NCBI RefSeq assembly: GCF_000009045.1
Contig: NC_000964.3
Span: 1,922,001-1,986,000, forward strand
Origin: Bacillus subtilis subsp. subtilis str. 168
Lineage (GTDB): Bacteria > Bacillota > Bacilli > Bacillales > Bacillaceae
Reading direction: 5' to 3'
DNA length: 64,000 bases
Below the pieces are notes generated by a model. It did no database searches and was not told the origin of the DNA. It worked only from the letters and a program-made list of their open reading frames with translations. A program made the translations under genes and the position numbers. This document shows, piece by piece, positions 52,881 through 63,500 of the stretch. Every line of letters starts with the position of its first letter. Position 1 is the stretch's first letter.

Positions 52881-55800
52881 CTACAATTCTTCCACCAAGC
52901 TGGATATGCTGTCCAAGTCCTCTGCCGTTAATGATTGACTGCTGAAATCGCTCAGTGTCTTTTCTGCTTTCTGTTGACCGGCGCAGTGTTTCATAATGTC
53001 CAGCAAAAAGTGTTCAATCCTGTTAATAAGCTGTTCCATTGTGTTTCTGTGAAAGCGGGCTGGCGGATAACTAAGATTGAAATGGAGCTTTTTGTCTGCT
53101 GCCATTGCACTCATCTCGATGATTTGCTCGCGCTTCCATGTATGAGTGATATCCTTTCCGCTACCAAGGCTTGATGGGCGGAAGGTGTCCTGTCTTTCGA
53201 TGTCGTTGAACTGGCCCAAATAGTTAAAGCTGATTTCAGGTGTTTTTGAAAACGTAATGCTTTTATTTTCAGGGTGTGTAAGGTATTTCAGCATACCGTA
53301 ACCTACCCCTTTGTTTGGTATCCGGCCCAGTGTATCTTTAACGGTTTTTACTGAGGTTCCGAGCTCATCCCTATGATTTTCAAAGCTTATGAGGGCCGGG
53401 TACATGGATGTAAACCAGCCGACCGTCCTGCTTATATCTAACTCTGGCAGAATGTGTTCTCTCCCGTGTCCTTCCATAGCGATACGGAGCTTGCTTCCTC
53501 CTGTCCATTCACAAATCGCCAAGGATGCTGCGGTTAACAGAATATCTTGTGTATCTGTGCCATAGGCGTGATTGACGTTTTGCAGCAAGACGGCGGTGTC
53601 TGCTTCAGTCAGTGAAAAGCTTAATGAGTCCCTTTTGCTGAAGTCGATGTTCACATGATGCGGTATTTCATAGGGCAGTTCTGCGGCTTGCTGTTCTTCT
53701 ACACTTCGCCAATACGCCTCTTCGCGAATCAGCTTACTGCTTTGGGCATATTCCTGTATGCGTCTTGCGTATTCCTGGTAGGAATCCGTTTTAGGCGGAA
53801 GCTGGATCGTCTGGCCTGCAGCAGCTTGTTGATATCCGGCTGACAAATCCTCCAGCAAAATCCGCCATGAGACACCATCAACGACAAGGTGATGGATCGC
53901 AAGGAACAAGTAATCTCCGGTCAGTGTTTTAAACAAAGCGGCGTGCAACAATGGTCCTTCCTGCAAATTGATGCTTTGCTGAAGATCGGCAACTTCTTGT
54001 TTGATTTTCGTCTCCCAGCCGCTTTCTGACTGTGAAAGATCAGAGATTCTTAAGCTGTATAGCTGTGACTCATGAATGCCTTGGTTGATTTGAATCCATC
54101 GCCTGTCATCGTTGCGATAAACCATCCGAAGCGCATCATGATGCTCCGCCAGTTTTTTCAAGGCTGGTCTAAGGGCGTTTTCAGACAAACGTCCAGAATG
54201 GAATAGCATGACAGACTGATTGAAATGGTGTCTTTCTTCAATATCTTGTGAAAAAAACCATTGCTGAACAGGCGTCCAAGGAACGTCACCCTGAATGGGT
54301 CCTTGCTCTATGATTCTCTCTGACTTACGGATAAATGGTGATAAGTCCTTTATCTTTGGATGACGGAATAAATCACTTACCTGCAAGCTTAGTCCATAGC
54401 GCCCAAGGCGTGCAGAAACTTGAAGGGCTTTGATTGAATCTCCGCCCAATTCAAAAAACGAATCCTCTATTCCGATCCTCTGGATGCCTAGAACCTCCTG
54501 CCAGATCAATGCCAGCTGCTCTTCAAGTTCGTTGCGTGGCGGGATGTATGTTTGTTTAGATGCGACATCTGGTTCAGGCAGTGCTTTCCGGTTCAATTTG
54601 CCGTTTGATGTGAGCGGAAGAGTCTCCATTTCAATGATATACGCCGGGATCATATAGTTTGGCAGCGAACGCGCGAGAAGAGAACGCACTTGTTCAGCAT
54701 TCGTGCCTGCTTTTACGCTGATATAGCCAAACAGCTCTTTGCTCCCGGTCTGGGCTGTACGTGCTAACACTGCGGCTTCTTTGACCCCGTCTATTTGACG
54801 AAGTGCTGTTTCGATTTCACCCAGCTCCACCCGATAGCCTCTGACTTTTACTTGATCATCAATACGGCCAACGTACTCAATTGTGCCATCGGAAAGCCAG
54901 CGCGCCAGATCACCTGTGCGATACAGTCGATCGCCAGGTGCAAATGGATGTGGGACAAATTTCTCTTTCGTTAAATCAGGACGGCCCAAATATCCTCTGG
55001 CGACGCCATCTCCGCCGACACAAAGTTCACCGACAGCTCCGACCGGCTGCAGCACTCCCCATTGATTTAAGATAAAAGCGGTGGAATTACCAACCGGCCG
55101 CCCGATCGGAATGGAAAGTTCATATGTTTTTTGAATGTGAAGGCATGTCGAAAAAGTTGTATTTTCGGTAGGGCCATATCCATTCCATATAGATACTTCA
55201 GGGCAGACATTTCTGATTCGATTGACGTGGCTCGGCGACAAAGCTTCTCCGCCAATAATCAAATGTTTCAGCTGTGAAAATGTTTGTTCATTTTGCTCTG
55301 TCAAATGATTGAATAGAGAAGATGTCAGCCAAATCGTTGTGATTCCTTGATGTTCTATGTACCTCTTAAGCTGATGGGAATCGAGAAATGTTTGTTGATC
55401 GGACAGATGCAAAGCGGCACCATTTAGCAGCGGTCCGAAAATTTCAAATGACCCAACGTCGAAACCGATTGATGATGTCATCAGAAGGCGGTCTTCAGGT
55501 GTAAATGTAATATAATTGCTGTTTTTAACAAGACGAATTACACTTCGCTGCTCAATCATGACACCCTTTGGTTTACCGGTTGATCCAGAGGTATAAATGA
55601 TATATGCAAGTGAATGGGGCCCTGCTGAAGATTCAACGTTCTTCGCCTCTCCTTGCTTTTGAATATCTTCGATTATGATTTGTTCACATTCAATGCCTAA
55701 TAGCCGTTTTTCTGTTTTTTCAGATTGAAGGAGTAATGCTGCCCTGCTGTCAGACAGCATATAAGCTATGCGTTCAACAGGCAGATTAGAATCGATAGGC

Positions 55801-58800
55801 AGATAGGCTCCCCCGGCTTTTAGAATGCCCAGCATTCCTGCAATGAGTTCTGGTGTTCTGCCTGTCAACAAGGCTACAACACTATCAGGCCCTACGCCCT
55901 TTATCTGTAGAACTGAGGCAATTTGATTTGCCCAGCTGTTCAGGTCCTCGTAAGTGAATACTTGGGTGTCGCTGACAATTGCTACAGCATTAGGTGTTTG
56001 TTCTGCCTGCATTTCAAAGAGTCTGCTGATGGTTTCATTTCTTGGATAATCTATTTTTGTACGATTGAGCTCGTGGATAAGGTAATGGGCCTCATCCTCA
56101 TTCAGGATATTTATTGTTCCGAGAGCGGCTTTGTTGTCTTTGATGATGGAGAGTAACATATTGTTGAAGTATTGAAGCCACTTTTCTATCGTTTTTTTCT
56201 TATATAAGTCAGTACTAAACTCCATTTGGAACGTCAGCAAACCGCGGGGCTGTTCCTGGGCATATAGGGTTAAATCAAATTTGGACGTTTGATGCCCATT
56301 GTTTGCTGCAGGTTTGAGACAAAGTTCATCCAGCTCCAACGATTCCTGATCCATATTTTGAAGAACAAACATTACGTCAAACAGCGGATTTCTGCTCATA
56401 TCTCGTGTCAATTCAAGCTTATCAACAAGCTCTTCGAACGGGTAATCTTGGTGCTCAAAGGCTTCCATTGCTGTCTCGCGCACTTCCTGCAAGTACTGTA
56501 CAAACGGCTTCCCGCCCTCCGGGCGCGTCCGAAGCGCCAGCGTGTTCACAAACATGCCGAGTATCGGCTCAAGATCCTTGTGCGGCCGGCCGGCAATTGG
56601 CGAGCCGACGATGATATCTTCCTGTCCGCTTAAGCGTGACAAGAACGCGGTGTAAGCTGCAAGGAGCACCATGTACAGTGTGCTTCCGTTTTCTCGTGCC
56701 AGCTTGTAAAGGCCTGATGTAACCTCTTGATCCAGCGTAAATGAGACCTTGTCACCCGCGAAGCTTCGCATCGGCGGGCGGGCATGATCAGCCGGAAGAT
56801 CCAGCACAGGCAGCTCGCCCTCGAGCTGCTTCAGCCAGTACGCCCCCTGCGTTTTGTACGCGTCTCCTGTTTTGAATCCTTCTTGCCATACGGCATAATC
56901 TTTATATTGAATGCGCAGTGCCGGAAGCTTCCGATTATTGTACAGTTCGCCGAATTCCCGAATCAGAATGTTGACGGAAACACCGTCTGAAATGATGTGA
57001 TGCATATCAACCAGCAACAGGTGCCGCTCATCTGATACCTTTACGATTTGGGCACGGAACAGCGGCGCTTGGCTGAGATCAAACGGTTTGATAAATGCGG
57101 CTGCGGCCTCCTCTTCGGTTCGTGCGCCGAGAACTGTAGTCTGTAACGTAAACGGCACCTCGTCATGGATGCGCTGCACCGGGTCGCCTCCTGCGTCCTG
57201 TTCGAAGGCGGTCCGAAGCGACTCGTGGCGCTTGATCAGCTCTTTGAAAGCTCTGTCCATCCTTTCAAGGTTGAGCTTCCCTTCGAGCTCTAACACAGCC
57301 GGCATATTGTAGCCTGTCCCTCCGTCCTCCAGCTGCTGAAGGACATAAATCCGCTTTTGGGCAGAGGAAACCGGATAGGTTTCCTGTTTTTCAGCGGGCT
57401 TAATCGCTTCATATGGACTGTCCGTTCCTTCACGGATAACGGTAGCCAGTCCTTCTACCGTCGGATGGGCAAACACATCTTTTAGCGGCACCTGTACATC
57501 GAATTCTTTGGCGATCCGTGAGACAAGCGCCGTTGCTTTTAAGGAATGTCCCCCGCGGTCAAAAAAGTTGTCGTGAATCCCGACAGGGCCATTTTTCAGC
57601 ACGTCCTCCCACAGCTGAGAAAGCTTCATCTCAGTCACGTTTCTCGGCGCCGTGTAGGTCTCCGCATCTGCCGCTCCGCCAGGAGCTGGCAGGGCGTTTC
57701 GGTCGAGCTTTCCGCTTGGTGTAACCGGCCACTGTTCCATTTCTATCATATAGGCTGGGACCATGTAGCCCGGCAACAGTCTCTGAAGCTGTGCACGCAC
57801 TTCGTTTCTTTGGAGCCCTTCTACATAAGCGCATAATTCCGGCTCGCCGCTGTCTGTCCGTACGGTAACGGCCGCCTCCCTTACGCCTTCTATGCTTCTT
57901 AGTGCCGCTTCAATCTCTCCCGGCTCAATCCGGTAGCCGCGGATTTTCACCTGATCATCCGTGCGCCCGAGGAATTCAACATTCCCGTCAGGGAGCCAGC
58001 GCGCCACATCCCCGGTTTTGTACATGCGTTCCCCCAGGTAAAACGGGTCTTCAAGAAAACGCTCCTCCGTTAATGCCGGCCGATTCAAATAACCTCTGGC
58101 AACACCCGCTCCGGCAATGTATAGTTCGCCGGCGACACCGGAAGGCTGTACGGCTAAATGCGGATCTAAAACATACAAACGCGCACCAGGTACGGGCTTC
58201 CCAATCGGAATCCGCAAACGGTCTCTGTCCCGTTCTGGATCTAACACGTAAAATGCCGCGTCTACCGTGGCTTCTGTCGGCCCGTAGCCATGGATTAATG
58301 ATACCTGCGGCAATACAGAAGCAAAACGGGCTGCCGTACGCGGCGCAAGCGGTTCACCTCCGGCGAATACACGCTTTAGGCTTGTCCTGTCACTCAGCCT
58401 TTCGATTTCCGCTTGATCGAGAAAGCTGTTCAGCATAGCCGGAATAAAATGAGCCGTTGTCACGTTTTCCTGATGAATGGCTTGTACGATCAATGCGGAG
58501 TCTTTTTCCCAGCCGGGCGGAAGCAGATACGCCGAAGCACCGGAAAGAGCCCACCAAAACAGCTGCCACACAGACGCATCAAAGGAAAAAGAGGTTTTCA
58601 CCATGACAATGTCATCTTCCGAAAGCCGAAACTGGTGCTGCATGCCGGTCAGAAAGGAAACAGCCTGGCGGTGCTCAACGGCCACTCCTTTCGGCTGCCC
58701 GGTAGAGCCCGATGTATAGATGACATAGGCGAGAGATCCGTCGCTAACAGAAGCAGACACATGACGTTTTACTTCTTCACACTCAAGAGATGTCATGTCC

Positions 58801-60548
58801 ACTTCAAGCGTTTCGCCAGAAAAGTTTGGTGCGGAGCATCCCGGCTGTGTCAGCAAGAGCGATGCCCCGCTGTCTTTCAGCATGTAGCTCAGCCGCTCCT
58901 TTGGATACGCAGGATCAAGCGGCAAATACGCCCCTCCGGCCTTCAATACAGCAAGGACAGCGATCAGCATGTCAGGTGAGCGTTCAGACAGGACACCGAC
59001 GATACTTTCGTTTGTGACGCCGCGTGCCGCAAGGTGCGCAGCCAGCCGGCTGGCGTACATATCAAGCTCAGCGTATGTCAGCGAACCGCCTGAAAAGCGA
59101 ATGGCCAGCCGCTCCGGTGTGACTGCCGCCTGTCGTTCAAACAGCCCATGCAGGGTTGGGGCTTCAGGTGAAACAGATACTGTCCTGTTATTTTGAGAAA
59201 CGATTTTCCGTGTTTTGTCCTCATCTAGCAACGTCATCTTTGACACAGGAAGAGATGGATCAGAGATGACGTCAGAGACCATGTGCAGCAAATAATCTTT
59301 TATTTCGGACATCATGCTTGGTTGATAAGCGCTGGTCTGAAAATGAATCCGAACGTACAAGGTACGGCCTGGGATCACTTTGACACTGCAACTATAATTG
59401 GTCACCTCTTCCATCTCAAAATCTTTGACGGAGAAATCAAATGACCCCGCTTGATTCAGCTCTTCGATCTCTTGCTGGGTAGGTGTATTTTCAAAGACGA
59501 TAATATGATCGATCAACTCTTGCTTTAGAGCACTCTGCGCCTGAATATCATACAAGGGAAAGTAACTATAGGCTTCTGCCTCATTCATGTCCTTTTGCAT
59601 TCTCCTGACTAGGTCAGAAAAAGACAGAGAATCACTTTGGGCTCGAATAGGAATGGTATTGATAAAAAGCCCGACCATGTTTTCCACATCTTTTAGCTCA
59701 GAAGGTCTGCCTGATATAACTGAACCGAACACAGCATCGCTGCTGCGATTGACCTTTTGAAGCATAATCCCCCATAAAGCTTGGAAAACAGTGTTTAGTG
59801 TCGCACCAGAAGCTGCTGCGATTTTCTGTAATTCGGCGGTTTCTTTTTCGGGAATGGCAAACGTGATCTGCTGTAGTGTCCCATTCGGAATTTGATCTGT
59901 TCTTTTCGGCAGGGGTGTAGATTTTTCGAAATGCTGAAGCCTCTTTTTCCAGTACTCAGCTGCTTCTTCACGATCTTGCTGCATCAGCCATTTAATATAC
60001 GTCCCGTACGGCTGTACGGGAGGCAAATCAGGAAGCTGGCCTTTACCCAGCGCTTGATAAATATGGAGAAAGTCTTTAATGACGATGCCTAAACACCAGC
60101 CATCCATTAAAATATGATGGTGGCTCCAGATACAGACATAATGATCAGGCGCCCATTTTAAAATAGATATTCTCATCAGTACATCCGTTTGGAGATCAAA
60201 GCCTTTGGATTTGTCCTGCTCTTTGAATGCCTCGGTACAATGTTCTTTATCCCTTTCATTGAGATGGGAAATATCTTCAATATGAATAGGGCAATGACGT
60301 TGCTTGAGCACGACTTGACGAGGTTTGGCTACATTTTTATAGATGAATGCTGTTCGAAAGATATCGTACCTGTCAAAAACAGCATCCATACTTTTTTGGA
60401 AACGCTCCAAGTCAAGCTGTCCATGGATCGTAAAAGAAGCCTGTTCAAAATAAGCTCTCGACTGTTCATCATACAGTGAGTGAAAAAGCATCCCTTCCTG
60501 CATAAATGACAAAGGGTATATATCCTGTATTTCAGGTTGCTGCGGCAT
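52881..60548 (-). CDS. ppsC: Plipastatin synthetase C, 2555 aa: C-A(Glu)-T-C-A(Ala/Val)-T-E
   Basis: [14 protein letters not shown] start after SD GAGAGGAG; FDASVWQ and FDVGSFE A domains; GGHSL, GGDSI; E domain HHLVVDGVSW. Confidence 0.97.
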   Translation of the reverse strand: MPQQPEIQDIYPLSFMQEGMLFHSLYDEQSRAYFEQASFTIHGQLDLERFQKSMDAVFDRYDIFRTAFIYKNVAKPRQVVLKQRHCPIHIEDISHLNERDKEHCTEAFKEQDKSKGFDLQTDVLMRISILKWAPDHYVCIWSHHHILMDGWCLGIVIKDFLHIYQALGKGQLPDLPPVQPYGTYIKWLMQQDREEAAEYWKKRLQHFEKSTPLPKRTDQIPNGTLQQITFAIPEKETAELQKIAAASGATLNTVFQALWGIMLQKVNRSSDAVFGSVISGRPSELKDVENMVGLFINTIPIRAQSDSLSFSDLVRRMQKDMNEAEAYSYFPLYDIQAQSALKQELIDHIIVFENTPTQQEIEELNQAGSFDFSVKDFEMEEVTNYSCSVKVIPGRTLYVRIHFQTSAYQPSMMSEIKDYLLHMVSDVISDPSLPVSKMTLLDEDKTRKIVSQNNRTVSVSPEAPTLHGLFERQAAVTPERLAIRFSGGSLTYAELDMYASRLAAHLAARGVTNESIVGVLSERSPDMLIAVLAVLKAGGAYLPLDPAYPKERLSYMLKDSGASLLLTQPGCSAPNFSGETLEVDMTSLECEEVKRHVSASVSDGSLAYVIYTSGSTGQPKGVAVEHRQAVSFLTGMQHQFRLSEDDIVMVKTSFSFDASVWQLFWWALSGASAYLLPPGWEKDSALIVQAIHQENVTTAHFIPAMLNSFLDQAEIERLSDRTSLKRVFAGGEPLAPRTAARFASVLPQVSLIHGYGPTEATVDAAFYVLDPERDRDRLRIPIGKPVPGARLYVLDPHLAVQPSGVAGELYIAGAGVARGYLNRPALTEERFLEDPFYLGERMYKTGDVARWLPDGNVEFLGRTDDQVKIRGYRIEPGEIEAALRSIEGVREAAVTVRTDSGEPELCAYVEGLQRNEVRAQLQRLLPGYMVPAYMIEMEQWPVTPSGKLDRNALPAPGGAADAETYTAPRNVTEMKLSQLWEDVLKNGPVGIHDNFFDRGGHSLKATALVSRIAKEFDVQVPLKDVFAHPTVEGLATVIREGTDSPYEAIKPAEKQETYPVSSAQKRIYVLQQLEDGGTGYNMPAVLELEGKLNLERMDRAFKELIKRHESLRTAFEQDAGGDPVQRIHDEVPFTLQTTVLGARTEEEAAAAFIKPFDLSQAPLFRAQIVKVSDERHLLLVDMHHIISDGVSVNILIREFGELYNNRKLPALRIQYKDYAVWQEGFKTGDAYKTQGAYWLKQLEGELPVLDLPADHARPPMRSFAGDKVSFTLDQEVTSGLYKLARENGSTLYMVLLAAYTAFLSRLSGQEDIIVGSPIAGRPHKDLEPILGMFVNTLALRTRPEGGKPFVQYLQEVRETAMEAFEHQDYPFEELVDKLELTRDMSRNPLFDVMFVLQNMDQESLELDELCLKPAANNGHQTSKFDLTLYAQEQPRGLLTFQMEFSTDLYKKKTIEKWLQYFNNMLLSIIKDNKAALGTINILNEDEAHYLIHELNRTKIDYPRNETISRLFEMQAEQTPNAVAIVSDTQVFTYEDLNSWANQIASVLQIKGVGPDSVVALLTGRTPELIAGMLGILKAGGAYLPIDSNLPVERIAYMLSDSRAALLLQSEKTEKRLLGIECEQIIIEDIQKQGEAKNVESSAGPHSLAYIIYTSGSTGKPKGVMIEQRSVIRLVKNSNYITFTPEDRLLMTSSIGFDVGSFEIFGPLLNGAALHLSDQQTFLDSHQLKRYIEHQGITTIWLTSSLFNHLTEQNEQTFSQLKHLIIGGEALSPSHVNRIRNVCPEVSIWNGYGPTENTTFSTCLHIQKTYELSIPIGRPVGNSTAFILNQWGVLQPVGAVGELCVGGDGVARGYLGRPDLTKEKFVPHPFAPGDRLYRTGDLARWLSDGTIEYVGRIDDQVKVRGYRVELGEIETALRQIDGVKEAAVLARTAQTGSKELFGYISVKAGTNAEQVRSLLARSLPNYMIPAYIIEMETLPLTSNGKLNRKALPEPDVASKQTYIPPRNELEEQLALIWQEVLGIQRIGIEDSFFELGGDSIKALQVSARLGRYGLSLQVSDLFRHPKIKDLSPFIRKSERIIEQGPIQGDVPWTPVQQWFFSQDIEERHHFNQSVMLFHSGRLSENALRPALKKLAEHHDALRMVYRNDDRRWIQINQGIHESQLYSLRISDLSQSESGWETKIKQEVADLQQSINLQEGPLLHAALFKTLTGDYLFLAIHHLVVDGVSWRILLEDLSAGYQQAAAGQTIQLPPKTDSYQEYARRIQEYAQSSKLIREEAYWRSVEEQQAAELPYEIPHHVNIDFSKRDSLSFSLTEADTAVLLQNVNHAYGTDTQDILLTAASLAICEWTGGSKLRIAMEGHGREHILPELDISRTVGWFTSMYPALISFENHRDELGTSVKTVKDTLGRIPNKGVGYGMLKYLTHPENKSITFSKTPEISFNYLGQFNDIERQDTFRPSSLGSGKDITHTWKREQIIEMSAMAADKKLHFNLSYPPARFHRNTMEQLINRIEHFLLDIMKHCAGQQKAEKTLSDFSSQSLTAEDLDSISSLVEEL
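56394..58130. repeat. About 1.74-kb near-identical direct repeat, copy in ppsC (A5 C-terminal part, T5, most of C6)
   Basis: Partner of 45612-47348; identical long stretches such as [30 protein letters not shown] and [18 protein letters not shown]. Confidence 0.95.
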
Positions 60549-60564
60549 CAGTGAATCTCCTCTC

Positions 60565-63500
60565 CTATAGTTTGTTGACGGCTCCCATGATCTCACTCAA
60601 TTCATCAAGCGTTAAGTCTTCATCAGTGAAATCAGATGCGCTCCACTCTTGGTTTTCTTTGCCGGTACAATGCTCAATGATGTTTTCCAGAGTCTGTTTA
60701 AAATGCCTGGAAAATGTTTGGATTGTTTTTTCCTCAAATTGAAACCTGTTATAGATGATGTGCATGTTCAGGCACCCCGAAGAAACGGCGCCGCTGATAT
60801 CCAGTGCATAAGGACGCTCCCAGTTCGGGCTGATCTCATTTCCTGGCTTGATGTCAGACACCTCAAAGGCATTTGATTGAATATCCTGATCAAACTGGCC
60901 TAAATAATTAAAGCTGATTTCTGGGCTGTTTTTCTGAGAGCCCCATCTTTTGCTGATATATTTCAGCACGCCGTAGCCCGCGCCTTTATGCGGTATACGG
61001 TGCAGCATATCTTTTGTCTGTTTAATAAGGTGGCCCAGCCGCTCTTCTTTGTCCTTATGATCGGAATCTCTCATATCAAGCCACACAGGATAAATGGAGG
61101 TGAACCAGCCAACAGTTCTGCTAATATCGATGTCCTCAAGATATGATTCCCTTCCATGGCCCTCCATGCTGATTTTAAATTGGTTATTTCCCGTCCATTT
61201 CTGCAAAGCAAGACCTAAAGCTGTCAGAAGGATATCATTCATCTCCGTGCTGTAAGCTTTATGTGCAGCCGTTAATAGTAATTCTGTGTGATGGCGAGAT
61301 AGCTCAAAATCAATCACTTCTGTATCTTTGAATGTGTTAGATGCTGCGTCATTGTCTTTTGGAATAGGCTGGATGTGACGGTTCTCGCACTCATCCCAGT
61401 ACGCTGCTTCGCGCTGCACCTGGCGGCTTATAGAGTAGTCAGCTATTCTTTGTGAATACGTTAAATATGAATCTGTTTTTTGCGGCAGTTTAATAGATTC
61501 TCCTGAGACTGCCTGTTTGTAAGCTGTTGAAAAATCCTCAAACAAAATGCGCCAAGAAACCGCATCAACAACTAAGTGATGAATCGTTAGAAATAAATGG
61601 TCACCATTCTCGGTTCTAAACAATCCAGCGTGAAGTAAGGGGCCGGTTTCCAAACGAATATGTTCTTGCATCCGGCTGGCTGCTTCCTCAATCGTGTTCC
61701 GGGCTTCTGTTAGGCTATCCTTTACATCAAACAGTTCAAGTGCATATAGCTCCTCATCTGAAAGATCTATCCCTCTGTTTATCTGCACTTGCCTGCCATC
61801 TTCATGCCGGCATACGATTCTCAGTGCATCATGATGAGTCACAAGGCTTTTTAGTACTTTTCTAAGCGCAGCCTCATCAAATCGTTCAGCCCGGTAGATC
61901 ATAACGGATTGGTTAAAATGATGGCTTTCCAGAGATTGCGAGAAAAACCACTGCTGGATAGGTGTCCAAGTAATCTCGCCTTCGACCGGGCCTTGGTCAA
62001 TGGCGCGTACGTCTTTTCGAACCCGGGCGGACAGTTCACCAAGAGTCTGATGTTCAAACATCTCACGTACTGTCGTTTCAAATCCGCGCTGCTTCAGTCT
62101 GGCACAAACCTGCAGCGCTTTAATAGAGTCTCCGCCAAGCTTAAAGAAATTGGCGCTTACACCCAGCTCATCTACATTAAGAAGCTCTTCCCAAATTTCA
62201 GCCATCACCGTTTCAATCTCATTTCTAGGACTGATATCATCAGCTGTATAAGCTTGTTTTTCAGGCTCTGGCAGGGCTTTCTGATCGAGCTTTCCATTAA
62301 CAGTCACCGGGATGCTGTCAATTTGTATCATACGGGCAGGCAGCATAAAGTCAGGCAAGGCGTTTTTTAGGTAAGTTCGGATGTCTGATATATTCGCAGC
62401 CTGTTGATCTTTTATCACCATATATGCATATATAGCTGTTTGCCCTTGCTCGTCTGCTCTGGTAATGACAGCCGCCTCTTTAATCATTGGATACTGAAGA
62501 AGTGCCGCTTGGATTTCGCCTAACTCAATACGGTGCCCTCTGACTTTCACCTGCTCATCAATGCGGCCTAAGTATTCCAGCTCGCCATTTGACAGGCGCT
62601 TAGCAAGATCTCCTGTTCGGTATAATCTGTCTCCCGGAAGATAAGGATTGGATACAAAACGGTCAGCGGTCAGCTCATCTCTGTTGAGATATCCCCGTGC
62701 CACACCTTCGCCGCCTATATACAGCTCCCCTGGAACTCCGGTCGGCTGCAGGTTCATATGGGCATCCATCACATGAGCCTGCAGAGTAGAAAGAGGCCGG
62801 CCGATATTGCTTTTATTTTTTGCAATGTCTGCTGCGGACAATTTTTTGAATGTTACATGGACCGTTGTTTCTGTAATACCGTACATATTAATCAAATCAG
62901 TATGAGGATATTTTTCATTCCAGCTTTGAAGCAATCCGGGCTGTAAGGCTTCGCCGCCAAAAATCACATAGCGGATGTTTAAATGATCTGTATGATTTTG
63001 GTCTTCAAGCATCAAGCCGTAAAAAGCAGTCGGGGTCTGATTGAGTACAGTGACGCGCTCTTTTTTTAACAATAATCGGAATGCTTGGGGGTCACGGGCT
63101 GTTTCTTTAGAGACCACGACTAATGTACTTCCGTTCAATAACGCACCGAACATCTCCCATACAGAGAAATCAAAGCAATAAGAATGAAATAACGTCCAGA
63201 CGTCTTCATGGTTAAATTCAAAAGGCAGGTTTTGATGCTTCAAGAGACTGATCACATTGCGGTGCTCGACAATGACTCCCTTTGGCTGACCAGTCGTTCC
63301 AGATGTGTATATCACGTATGCGGGCTGATCCGTTACTATTTCTTCAATGTTTACATCAGCCGGAATTGAGTTGTTTTCACATTCATCGATATACAAAATA
63401 TGCCCGGTGTAGTCTGCAGGTTTGTTTAGACCGCGCTCTGTCAGCAGCAGTTTTGCTCCGCTGTCATTGAGCATAAAGCTAATACGCTCCTTGGGATATT

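Noticed and set aside
60549-60596. ORF-track starts for ppsC (60596) and ppsB (63870)
   Set aside because: The ppsC extension overlaps the ppsB stop and lacks an SD; ppsB is open to the window edge, so 63870 is an internal codon
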